Below, piece after piece: positions 15,901-23,226 of a stretch of DNA of 24,000 nucleotides; within the stretch, counting starts at the first letter, position 1, and each line of letters begins with the position of its first letter. The position numbers and the translations under genes were made by a program. Location of the stretch: positions 116,417 through 140,416 of the forward strand of contig JADJAH010000037.1 of assembly GCA_016704345.1 (NCBI GenBank). The letters are read 5' to 3'. A model generated the notes under the pieces. It searched no databases and was not told the DNA's origin. It saw only the letters and a list, made by a program, of their open reading frames with translations. This DNA comes from Ignavibacteria bacterium (GTDB taxonomy: Bacteria > Bacteroidota > Ignavibacteria > Tepidaquicellales > Tepidaquicellaceae).

Positions 15901-16581
15901 AATTTTATTACTGCGCGCCTTCTTTATTATTTCATCGTAAGCATCGAAGTACTCGCCGAAGTTCATGAGATTTGCCTTCTTGATATTAGGAACTATGAGT
16001 GATCGGCTGCCATCTTTTTTTTCAAGATCAACGGCCAGTCCCAGATTCACGTCGGGCTTTTTGATAACGTTCGGTTCTCCGTTTATTACAGTATATGCAT
16101 TGTTCATGACGGGCACTGAGTTTATACCCTTTATGATTGCCCAGCCTATGATGTGTGTAAAAGAAACCTTGCGTCCGTTTTTTTTCTTGAGATATTCGTT
16201 TATCAATCTCCTGTTTTCCTCAAGAACTTTTACCGGTATGGTTCTGAAAGTAGTAGCAGTAGGAATAGTAAGACTTGCATTCATGTTTTCTATGATCTTG
16301 GCGCCAACACCTCTTATGACTTCAGGTTGCTCATCTCCTACCGGCTGGGGAATATTGATTTGTGCACGCGAATATCCGTTGCCTGAAACAGGTTTTGTCT
16401 CCGTTGATAATTTTTTGTCATTCTTATTAAGCTCGAGTTCCTTGAACAGGGTCTTCCAGTTGTCACTTACAGATCCGGGATCTTTCTGATATTCATCGAG
16501 AAGTTCGAGCACGTACCAGGTATTGAGTCCGAATTCAGAGATCTTTTCCTGTTGCTCAGTAGATAAGTCTTCTAATTTCAT
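12952..16581 (-). CDS. Multifunctional 2-oxoglutarate dehydrogenase: E2-type acyltransferase catalytic domain fused N-terminally to an E1o (SucA) ThDP enzyme (OdhA/Kgd-type)
   Basis: 1209 aa. The order is an N-terminal 2-oxoglutarate-DH helix (FGLNTWYVLELLDEYQKDPGSVSDNW), then a 2-oxoacid-DH acyltransferase core ending in the catalytic STYDHRIIQGAESG, then E1o motifs FRVRGHLLANLDPL, HRGRLNVLANI, GDVKYHLG, NPSHLE, HGDAAVAGEG and PHGQEGQGPEHSSARLERFL. I could not find a lipoyl (biotin-like) domain. Confidence 0.9.
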   Translation of the reverse strand: MKLEDLSTEQQEKISEFGLNTWYVLELLDEYQKDPGSVSDNWKTLFKELELNKNDKKLSTETKPVSGNGYSRAQINIPQPVGDEQPEVIRGVGAKIIENMNASLTIPTATTFRTIPVKVLEENRRLINEYLKKKNGRKVSFTHIIGWAIIKGINSVPVMNNAYTVINGEPNVIKKPDVNLGLAVDLEKKDGSRSLIVPNIKKANLMNFGEYFDAYDEIIKKARSNKIEVSDFQGTTISLTNPGTLGTVASTPRLMLGQGAIIATGAIDYPAEYQAVTNEIITTIGISKVMNITSTYDHRIIQGAESGVFLQKLSGLLKGDDNFYEEIFEGLQIPMKPVKWFLDKNADDLGKIDNLEEIEKQAKAIQLINMFRVRGHLLANLDPLESKAQYHPELDPSKYGFTVWDYDREFITDGLAGKRTATLREILNILYQTYCDKIGVEYKHIQDPEKKRWLEGQIEMNMNMPSFTVEEKKHILFKLSEAENFEKFIDKKYVGHKRFSLEGSETIIALLDFLLNCASESSVHELVMGMAHRGRLNVLANIIGKSMSAIFSEFEGYIDPASAQGSGDVKYHLGATGNYKTKSDKEIIVSVASNPSHLEFVNPVVEGIVRAKQTWMDDNSRNRVIPVLIHGDAAVAGEGIVAETLNLSQLNGYRTGGTIHIIINNQIGFTTTPEEARSSQYCSDVAKMIQAPIFHVNGDDPEATLLVTKLAFEYRMKYNSDVVVDVWGYRRLGHNEADEPAFTQPLMYKKIRNHPSVKEIYEKRLLKEKVVTPEVLKEIETRIYEKMSEGHEKVQKFKTDIPLAVTEEEIEAAESHVETHVPEEKLNAIVNSITTLPENFTLHPKLKKFVDSRKDFISTDAGVDWAFGEALAFGSLMQDGIPIRLSGQDSARGTFSQRHIVLTDAETGQEIITMNNIAPGVSWIEPLDSLLSEAAVLGFEYGYSTADPITLVVWEAQFGDFANAGQVIIDNFISSSYAKWSLPCNIVLMLPHGQEGQGPEHSSARLERFLTLCAEDNMIVCNPTTPAQLFHLLRRQSKQHKKRPLVIMTPKSLLRLPEARSYKKDFVEQTFMEIIDDANADKLKTERILLTSGKVFYDLSKYREAKKISDTAIIRLEQYYPYDTDKVRNVLQGYKNAKEVVWVQEEPANMGAWGFLSLRLKDSLGNGQRLFRLTKEESSSPAPGSLSVHIETQEELIVRSFVPLTEPVF

Positions 16582-16588
16582 TTTGAAT

Positions 16589-16596
16589 TAATTTTG
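16589..16596 (+). promoter_or_regulatory. Candidate Bacteroidota-type -7 promoter element (TAatTTTG) for the 16649 gene
   Basis: TAATTTTG matches the TAnnTTTG consensus and lies 53 nt upstream of ATG 16649 in a 67-bp divergent intergenic region. Whether this organism uses that sigma specificity is an inference. Confidence 0.35.
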
Positions 16597-16648
16597 CCTA
16601 ATTTATCCAAATTTATAAACAACTTCAGCAGATTAAATCAAATCATTC

Positions 16649-17380
16649 ATGACTCGTATTACAATTGTTGCAATTATGTTGCTCATCGCATCAGTAACAC
16701 ATGCTCAAAGACCGGAAGACAAGACTTACATGGCGGGAGGATTCAATTATCAGCTTGCTTCAGCTGCTCCGCTTGATTATATAATTGACCGATTCAATCA
16801 AACACGTAACCTCATCGACGAAATGGACAAGGTAAGCCACATGTCCGGTGCAGTATTTGCTTTTGGGTTTGGATGGGGTGAAGATGAAAAGTTCATTTTA
16901 CTGGAAATGGGCTTGACCCTGGGAGGATCAGGTTCACTTTCGTCTGAAAGGCTGGAAAATGGCGTATTAAAAAAACAGGATCTCAAGGTGACTTCATTTC
17001 TTATTAATACCGGCTTCGCTTATTTGATACAGACTGAAAAGAAGTTTGAATACGGAGCAGGGCTATTCATTGACTACGGCGGGTTCAGAGTAAGAACCAG
17101 AACTTACAACAGCAATCAGACAGCCCCGGACTTTAAGGATATCGGAGAGTCAAATACTTTGGTTGGATTGACACCAACAATATTTCTTGATTACAACTTC
17201 TCTGAAACTTTCGGATTATCTTTTAGGCCGTTTTACAGATACCAGCTGTATGACAATGACTTGCAGTATGTTAACAAAGAGCTGAATCCAAACACATGGC
17301 AGAATGATGCTTATGATAATCAGCACGGAGCAATGCTGGACGGATTCGGAGGCACCTTATTGGCAGTATTCTTCTTCTGA
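16649..17380 (+). CDS. Putative outer-membrane beta-barrel protein (hypothetical)
   Basis: 243 aa. The signal peptide is MTRITIVAIMLLIASVTHA/Q. It has alternating hydrophobic beta-strand periodicity with G/Y/F-rich strands and an aromatic C-terminus, ...LLAVFFF, typical of OMP terminal strands. Confidence 0.65.
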   Translation: MTRITIVAIMLLIASVTHAQRPEDKTYMAGGFNYQLASAAPLDYIIDRFNQTRNLIDEMDKVSHMSGAVFAFGFGWGEDEKFILLEMGLTLGGSGSLSSERLENGVLKKQDLKVTSFLINTGFAYLIQTEKKFEYGAGLFIDYGGFRVRTRTYNSNQTAPDFKDIGESNTLVGLTPTIFLDYNFSETFGLSFRPFYRYQLYDNDLQYVNKELNPNTWQNDAYDNQHGAMLDGFGGTLLAVFFF

Positions 17381-17396
17381 TTCTGACAAACTTTTC

Positions 17397-17891
17397 TTAA
17401 ACGGGCTTGAACTGTTCGAATGACTGCATGCAATTATCGCAATAATGAATTGCTCTGCATTGAGTAGGACCAAAGGGAGTCTGCAATCTTGTATCACGGC
17501 TCCCGCAGAAAGGACATGCAACCTTAAACAGAGAATCAACTGAAACGAAACCGTCAACATGTCCAGGTAGTGCGAATTTGGATTCCTTCAACATCTGAAT
17601 GCCCTTTTCAGTTATCATGTTTGTACTCCACTGAACATCATAATTAACTTCCACTTCAACACTTCTGATTGGAAGCTTTCCGACTTTGGATTTTACATCT
17701 TCCTTCATCATATTAACAGCAGGACAACCGGCGAACGTAGGAGTCATTGTAACTCTAACATCTCCTTCATCAGATATTTTTACCGAAGTAATTATTCCCA
17801 TGTCAACAACCGATAATTTGGGAATCTCCGGGTCCATTACATCCTGAAGCGCTGCCCAAACATTTTCTTCCGTAACTAATTCATTTACCAT
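17397..17891 (-). CDS. paaD: 1,2-phenylacetyl-CoA epoxidase subunit D
   Basis: 164 aa. It has an N-terminal DUF59/MIP18-like segment (VWAALQDVMDPEIPKLSVVDMGII...TPTFAGCPA) and a C-terminal Cys4 ribbon (CPFCGS...CDNC). It is last in the paaA-B-C-D order and overlaps paaC by 7 nt. Confidence 0.85.
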   Translation of the reverse strand: MVNELVTEENVWAALQDVMDPEIPKLSVVDMGIITSVKISDEGDVRVTMTPTFAGCPAVNMMKEDVKSKVGKLPIRSVEVEVNYDVQWSTNMITEKGIQMLKESKFALPGHVDGFVSVDSLFKVACPFCGSRDTRLQTPFGPTQCRAIHYCDNCMQSFEQFKPV

Positions 17892-18649
17892 TCTGCCTTC
17901 GGGTCAATCTTATAAACTTCAGACATTTCATCAATCAGTGGTTTTAGAAATTCTGTATGAAATCCGGCTCTGCCTCCATAAGATGGTGTGCAGTTACCTA
18001 CATCAGGCATTCTTAATTCACCAGCATTCAATATTGGAGTGATGTGATCAATCCAGGCATCCTGTAAAAATTTCTCACCGGGAAAGATGCCTTCATTCTG
18101 CAATGCCAACTCGTAATCAGAAGGTTCAAAAATTCCTAATGCAAGAGGCATACATTCATTAAGAGCGGATTGCATCCTTGCCCTGCTTTCTTCATTAGCG
18201 CTTCCGAGTTGTTTGATCCAGGTATCTGCATGCATAGTATGATATCTGAGTTCGCCTCTGAACTTTCTCGCTATCTTTGCCAGCGGTTCAAATGAAGACT
18301 CAGCCAGCATTCCGAATCTCAATGCTTCTGATGAATCAAAAAGAAAATGCCTCATCAGGCTGAAGTCATATTCGCCGATCGGATACTCAACAAAGTGGCA
18401 ACAGACATAATCTTTTTCTTCCCTGTTGAATGCCAGCGTGTCCGGATCCTTTTCTCCGATCTCATGCAGTAATGTGTAAAGCGCAAGTGCATGCCCGAGT
18501 TTATCCTGTGCCATTGATGAGAATGCGATGTCCTCTTCAAGGATTGGACCAAGTCCCGTCCATTCAGAATTTCTATGACCGATTATCAATTGATCATCGG
18601 CAATTCTGAATATAAGATTCCTGATTGCATCTTTGTTATCTTCAGCCAT
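17885..18649 (-). CDS. paaC: 1,2-phenylacetyl-CoA epoxidase subunit C
   Basis: 254 aa and ferritin-like. The N-terminus LIFRIADDQLIIGHRNSEWTGLGPILEEDIAFSSMAQDKLGHA is typical of PaaC. It sits between paaB and paaD, and its start lies 1 nt after the paaB stop. Confidence 0.85.
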   Translation of the reverse strand: MAEDNKDAIRNLIFRIADDQLIIGHRNSEWTGLGPILEEDIAFSSMAQDKLGHALALYTLLHEIGEKDPDTLAFNREEKDYVCCHFVEYPIGEYDFSLMRHFLFDSSEALRFGMLAESSFEPLAKIARKFRGELRYHTMHADTWIKQLGSANEESRARMQSALNECMPLALGIFEPSDYELALQNEGIFPGEKFLQDAWIDHITPILNAGELRMPDVGNCTPSYGGRAGFHTEFLKPLIDEMSEVYKIDPKAEW

Positions 18650-18650
18650 T

Positions 18651-19025
18651 TTATTTTGAATGTTCCTTTCTGTATTTGTTAATTCTTTCCATCACTTTGT
18701 AACCACCGGCTTCTCTGTACATCTTCTCCTGATTATTTTCATACATATCTTCATCTCTATAGTTTGTCTGATACACATCTGAGGTCTTTACAATCCAGAG
18801 ACTCACGCAGTCTGCTCTTCTGGCAAATTGTTCCTTCGCAAGGATGTAAGCCATTTCGTGATTCGGTGCATGCACGGAACCTACATGAATATGCCGATCG
18901 CCTTTTTTTGTTTGATGAAATACTTCAAATGTTGTCCAGTGATGAATGTTTTCAACCGGAGTGTTATCCGGTTCTTCCGGAAGTCCTTCTCTTGTGATTC
19001 TTGGATCTAATGATTTCAGTGACAT
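18651..19025 (-). CDS. paaB: 1,2-phenylacetyl-CoA epoxidase subunit B
   Basis: 124 aa. The core WTTFEVFHQTKKGDRHIHVGSVHAPNHEMAYILAKEQFARR...SLWIVKTSDV is collinear with PaaB (YEVF....G..H.HVGS.HA). It is somewhat longer at both ends than the ~95-aa E. coli protein (length recalled from memory). Confidence 0.85.
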   Translation of the reverse strand: MSLKSLDPRITREGLPEEPDNTPVENIHHWTTFEVFHQTKKGDRHIHVGSVHAPNHEMAYILAKEQFARRADCVSLWIVKTSDVYQTNYRDEDMYENNQEKMYREAGGYKVMERINKYRKEHSK

Positions 19026-19053
19026 TGTTGTAACAAATTTTATCTGTCAATAT

Positions 19054-20040
19054 TTATGAAAGTGGAATTGTATATTCCTCTGCATTTCTCATCAAAGCCT
19101 TTCTGACCCATTCACCCTTTTCTTCGGCTCTTCTTCTAACTGCAAGTCGTTCTTTGTTGCAGGGTCCGTCGCCGTTTATGACTCGTTTGAATTCTTCCCA
19201 ATCGGGTTCTGTGTAATCCCAAATACCAGTATCTTCATTCTTCTTGAGTTTTTGATCAGGAATCGAAAGTCCAAGCTCCCAGATCTTTGGCACATACATA
19301 TCAAGAAACTTCTGCCGCATATCGTCATTGGAAGCCATCTTAACTTTCCATCTCATGAGTGTTTCAGTATGAACGGAAATTTTATCAGAGGGTCCGAAGA
19401 AATGCATGATCGGTTTCCACCATCTGTTAAGCGCGTCCTGAACCATCTCTCTTTGTTTTGGTGTCCCGGTTGCAAGAAACACTACATTATCATGACCATA
19501 CTTTAGATGGAAAGATTCTTCCATGCAGATCCTCTCGAGCGCTCTGCAGTATGGGCCATAGGAGCCTTTAGAATTTGCTACCTGATTAATTATAGCGCCT
19601 GCATCTATCAGCCATGCAATTACGGCTGTATCTGCCCAAGTTACGGCAGGATAATTGAATACGTTGGAGTATTTTGATTTGCCGGTGATAAGATCATTGA
19701 TCATCATTTCACGTGGTTTACCGAGTGTTTCTGCGGCGCTGTAAAGAAGCTGTGCATGGCCGACTTCATCCTGAACTTTTGCCATCAACGCAAGTTTTCT
19801 TCTGAAGCCCGGCGCTCTTGTGATCCAGGTACCTTCGGGCAAGGCGCCAATAATTTCAGAATGGGCATGCTGTTCGATCATTCGTATTAACTGCTTTCTA
19901 TATTCGGCAGGCATCCAATCCATAGGTTCGATTTTTTCCCCAGCCTGAATACGCGCTTCAAAATCTTCAAGTCTTTTTGGATCTTCTACTGTCCTTTCAC
20001 CGTTCTTTGTTTCTTCAAAAATATAACCGCCTCCGTACAT
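19054..20040 (-). CDS. paaA: 1,2-phenylacetyl-CoA epoxidase catalytic subunit A (di-iron)
   Basis: 328 aa. It has di-iron ferritin-like ligand motifs ([30 protein letters not shown]) and a PaaA-typical N-terminus ([29 protein letters not shown]). Confidence 0.9.
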   Translation of the reverse strand: MYGGGYIFEETKNGERTVEDPKRLEDFEARIQAGEKIEPMDWMPAEYRKQLIRMIEQHAHSEIIGALPEGTWITRAPGFRRKLALMAKVQDEVGHAQLLYSAAETLGKPREMMINDLITGKSKYSNVFNYPAVTWADTAVIAWLIDAGAIINQVANSKGSYGPYCRALERICMEESFHLKYGHDNVVFLATGTPKQREMVQDALNRWWKPIMHFFGPSDKISVHTETLMRWKVKMASNDDMRQKFLDMYVPKIWELGLSIPDQKLKKNEDTGIWDYTEPDWEEFKRVINGDGPCNKERLAVRRRAEEKGEWVRKALMRNAEEYTIPLS

Positions 20041-20108
20041 GTATTGTATTTTAGTTTTTAGGGATGTTGCTTCGGTGAACTGCTCCGATTGCTTTAAAAT
20101 TTCTTTTG

Positions 20109-20116
20109 CAAATGTA
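20109..20116 (-). promoter_or_regulatory. Candidate -7 promoter element (TAcaTTTG) for paaABCD
   Basis: The minus strand reads TACATTTG (plus-strand CAAATGTA, 20109-20116), about 70 nt upstream of the paaA ATG at 20040, within the 181-bp gap upstream of paaA. Confidence 0.3.
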
Positions 20117-20221
20117 ATTGAAATGATGCTAAAATTATATTGTAAAAATTCAACTTTGATGTTGTAGTAACCTAGATTCTTTCAAAACTCTATTGATGCA
20201 TTCAGCACAAGAGTCGGTTTG

Positions 20222-20848
20222 TCAATATCGGGTTAAAAACATACGCTGTAAAACTATACCGGCTAACATGAAGGCAGAAAACATTCCCCGCTGTATATCA
20301 ACTTCTGATTGATACACTTTTGTTCGCTGTGCAACAATTCCTAATGAAATCCAGTCTGCGGGTGCAACACTGATCTCTGACCAGGTATAAAGAAAATTAT
20401 CCGAAGAGTTTTCCAAATCGAAAACATACTCCCATTCAGAGTAAATATCCAAAATGCCATAGGTCAACTCCATTTCTATTCCGGGAGCGATTCCCATTAT
20501 GCTTCCGATAACCGCTCCAAACATGGGCGTAGCATTAAGTTCAAGTTCGTTTCCTGCATTGAAATTATAACCAATCCATGCTGAGCCACTTTCTAATGCT
20601 TCATAGTTGTATCTTGCTTCTATATGAAGCCAATCCTTATCTGCAGTGAATGCCGGCAGCAGAAAGTCGTTTTCGTCTGAAATAATATATTGATTGATTT
20701 CGGCGAGGAACGACCAGTCATCTGTGTTGATCCTGTCAGAGCTCTTTTCAGAAGAGTCCGCTCTCAAATCACTGCAACTTGTAAAGTCATTTTCGGCTCT
20801 ACAAATGCCTGTAAATATTATCAAGGTCACTATCAGATACACTAACAT
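20222..20848 (-). CDS. Hypothetical secreted beta-rich protein (possible small outer-membrane barrel)
   Basis: 208 aa. The signal peptide is MLVYLIVTLIIFTGICRA/E. It has an acidic, serine-rich linker and then amphipathic beta-strand-like repeats (WLHIEARYNY, SAWIGYNFNAG, IEMELTYGILDIYSEWEYVF, LYTWSEISV, WISLGIVAQ). It lies 26 bp downstream of the sulfotransferase gene on the same strand. Confidence 0.6.
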   Translation of the reverse strand: MLVYLIVTLIIFTGICRAENDFTSCSDLRADSSEKSSDRINTDDWSFLAEINQYIISDENDFLLPAFTADKDWLHIEARYNYEALESGSAWIGYNFNAGNELELNATPMFGAVIGSIMGIAPGIEMELTYGILDIYSEWEYVFDLENSSDNFLYTWSEISVAPADWISLGIVAQRTKVYQSEVDIQRGMFSAFMLAGIVLQRMFLTRY

Positions 20849-20874
20849 GTTAATCTTTTTCTAATTAGCAAATG

Positions 20875-21579
20875 TCAAATAGCATTGAAACTGCTGAGTG
20901 CGTAATTATATATCGCATAATCCAGTTCGTTATCTTTCTTAAACTTCGAGACGAATTCTGGAGTAAGAATAGAAACTTGATCGTCTCTTTGTGTCTTATT
21001 GAGAAGTTTGATGTCAATCCTTGGCTTCTTCAAAATAATTGCAAGTTTGTCCATTGACTCCTGCAGTTTCTCAAGAATTCCAATAAAGAAATATCTGTCA
21101 AGAACCTCCTTGTAATCGGATTCCTCACAAGGGAAATAATAAGCATACAGATTCTTGTTTTCATCAATAAATTCTTCCAGAGATTTATCCATCCTGCCGT
21201 GCTCCCTTGAATAGTAATAGAAGGAAACGAAGAACTCCAGAGGATCCCTTAGGAATGTAAATGCTTTCAGCCTATCTCTTTGAGTAATGATTTCGGGATA
21301 TCTTTGATGCAGATAAGTACCATCATAAGCATAATGCCCTGCGATACAGTCATTAGCTCTGATTCTTGAAACATCAATTCTATTCTTCTTGTAATCTTCA
21401 AGCTGATCAAAAGAAACGAAATGATCATTTACGACATTGAACCAAGTGTGAAGAATTCTTGTAACCGAGGTACCCCCACACTTAATGAAATGATGAAAAA
21501 TGTAAGCGGGATGTTCCTTCGATGGCAATAGCACTTCTACTGTTTCAGAAGAAGAATGATTGGATTTATTCTCAGTCAA
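20875..21579 (-). CDS. Sulfotransferase-family protein (PAPS-dependent, membrane-independent type)
   Basis: 234 aa. It has a 5'-PSB-like loop HHFIKCGGTSV (compare the hPKxGxTS pattern) and a 3'-PB-like segment FLRDPLEFFVSFYYYS (the RDPxxRxxSxY pattern). There is no in-frame ATG before the PSB loop, so the start must be TTG 21579 or an internal GTG/TTG. The start coordinate is therefore uncertain. Confidence 0.75.
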   Translation of the reverse strand: MTENKSNHSSSETVEVLLPSKEHPAYIFHHFIKCGGTSVTRILHTWFNVVNDHFVSFDQLEDYKKNRIDVSRIRANDCIAGHYAYDGTYLHQRYPEIITQRDRLKAFTFLRDPLEFFVSFYYYSREHGRMDKSLEEFIDENKNLYAYYFPCEESDYKEVLDRYFFIGILEKLQESMDKLAIILKKPRIDIKLLNKTQRDDQVSILTPEFVSKFKKDNELDYAIYNYALSSFNAI

Positions 21580-21657
21580 GATTTTTTCAAATTTTGTTTT
21601 ACAGACAATTTTAACAGATCATTCCAGTAATCATAAATTCGTCTCTAAATTTCCATT

Positions 21658-21665
21658 CAAATTTA
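21658..21665 (-). promoter_or_regulatory. Candidate -7 promoter element (TAaaTTTG) for the sulfotransferase operon
   Basis: The minus strand reads TAAATTTG (plus-strand CAAATTTA, 21658-21665), about 80 nt upstream of the TTG start at 21579, in the 247-bp divergent intergenic region. Confidence 0.3.
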
Positions 21666-21826
21666 AGAAGCTGTTATTAACATTGATGACAATTTATTCA
21701 ATCAATCTCAAAATATAAGTGACATAAAGGAATGAGTTCAAAATCAGGATGTATTGTCAAATTCAGAAGTATTTATTTAGGAAATTTTATAACATATTGG
21801 CAGACGCAAAAATCAACTGAACTTTT

Positions 21827-23080
21827 ATGAAATCCAAATTCAAGCTCTTCTCGGGAACATCAGCTTTCAGGATCGCAGTTTTGCTCTTGTTGCTTTCCTC
21901 CAATATGTATGCTCAGGATAATTCAAAATACGAAAGAATAAAGGTTGCCTTAGACAGTGTGAGATCATCTTATGAAAAAATAACAAACCGATCCTGTCCT
22001 TCAATCAACATTCTGATTCACACACCTGTTGATTACATTTTCGTATCATTTGCAGCCGATGGTATTTCTCCATTAACAAAGGACACATACTTTCGCTTTG
22101 CGAGCAATACGAAGAATTTCACATCCGCTTCAATACTTAATATGCAGGAAGACGGGTGGCTAGATATAAAGTCGCTGATCGTTGACAAAATACCCGGAAG
22201 CAATATTCCTTATGTTCCGGACACTCCTGAATTTGATATTCCGTACAAGAATCAGATTACTATTGAACAACTTCTTCAGCATGCGGCGGGTGTTTATGAT
22301 GTTGATAATGATTCAGTTCCGGGTTACGGCGGGTTGAGTTACGTTGATTATATGACTTTCAAAAATCCGGCTCATCAGTTTGAACTAAAAGATCTCGTTG
22401 AACAAGCAGCTAACAATAAGATCTCTTTTTTTCCACCGGGGCAGGGTTATCATTACAGCAACACAGGCTATACAATACTGAGTGAAATTATAGAGAGAGT
22501 TTATACATTCAGAAGCGGCTCTACAAAATTGTATGCTGATTATATTAATGACTTCATAACAGGCACTTCAGCAAAAGTGCCTCTTGATATTTCATTTCCG
22601 TATCTTGCATCTGATAATACAATGAGATCTCCTTTCGTGACAGGATCATTGATAACTCCGGACAGTACTGCGATTTATTCGTCCGTGAATATGTCGGCCC
22701 ACGTTGGAGAGGGCAACGGATACACAACATTTTCGGAGCTGGACAAATATGTAAGATCTTTGATGAAAGGAGAGAATGTTCTGACACCGGCAAGTGTAGA
22801 GCTTATGCAGAAATCAGTTTCTGAACACAACAAGACATACGGTCTCGGATGCTTTTATATTGAGGATCTCGGTTACGGGCACAACGGCTGTATCAAAGGT
22901 TACCTGTCTAATATGCTTTATGATCCTTTAACTGATGTATCGTTAATTATTATGATGCCTGTCAATGATTATACATTTCCAAATGAAGAAGGAATTGTTC
23001 ACGGGCTAAAAGCCTTGGCAAATGCAGGATTCAAAGCTCGGATGGCTTTGGGATTTCCGGGCAAGGACATCGGTTACTGA
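21827..23080 (+). CDS. Secreted beta-lactamase-fold serine hydrolase (class C beta-lactamase / DD-peptidase / esterase family)
   Basis: 417 aa. The signal peptide is ...LLLLLSSNMYA/QD. All three family motifs are present in order: S-x-x-K (FASNTKNFTS), Y-x-N (YHYSNTGYTIL) and an H/K-x-G triad equivalent (GYGHNGCIKGY). Confidence 0.85.
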   Translation: MKSKFKLFSGTSAFRIAVLLLLLSSNMYAQDNSKYERIKVALDSVRSSYEKITNRSCPSINILIHTPVDYIFVSFAADGISPLTKDTYFRFASNTKNFTSASILNMQEDGWLDIKSLIVDKIPGSNIPYVPDTPEFDIPYKNQITIEQLLQHAAGVYDVDNDSVPGYGGLSYVDYMTFKNPAHQFELKDLVEQAANNKISFFPPGQGYHYSNTGYTILSEIIERVYTFRSGSTKLYADYINDFITGTSAKVPLDISFPYLASDNTMRSPFVTGSLITPDSTAIYSSVNMSAHVGEGNGYTTFSELDKYVRSLMKGENVLTPASVELMQKSVSEHNKTYGLGCFYIEDLGYGHNGCIKGYLSNMLYDPLTDVSLIIMMPVNDYTFPNEEGIVHGLKALANAGFKARMALGFPGKDIGY

Positions 23081-23169
23081 GATTCGCTTCACAACATTGC
23101 ATGTCCGTTTGACTTTTTTCACAGGTGATAGTTATCCCCAATCTTGAGTAAGTGCACCACATCTATTTT

Positions 23170-23184
23170 GAATCTTAAAGATTC
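23170..23184. promoter_or_regulatory. Perfect 7-1-7 palindrome GAATCTTaAAGATTC upstream of the P-loop gene (possible operator)
   Basis: Read directly: GAATCTT A AAGATTC, 43-57 bp upstream of ATG 23227 and directly 5' of a TTGACA hexamer (23195-23200). The palindrome is certain. Its function is an inference. Confidence 0.35.
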
Positions 23185-23226
23185 TATTGCTAACTTGACA
23201 GCAATTTAAATCCAAAATAAAGAATA

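Noticed and set aside
16594-16776. A 60-aa plus-strand ORF (TTG start) overlapping the 16649 OMP-like gene.
   Set aside because: It is out of frame with, and largely contained in, the better-supported 243-aa signal-peptide protein.
23195-23223. A sigma-70-like promoter: TTGACA at 23195-23200, a 17-nt spacer, then TAAAGA at 23218-23223.
   Set aside because: The -10 match is poor (3 of 6 positions). The implied transcription start would fall on or after the ATG at 23227. This organism may also use FCB-type promoter elements. I kept only the adjacent palindrome as an observation.
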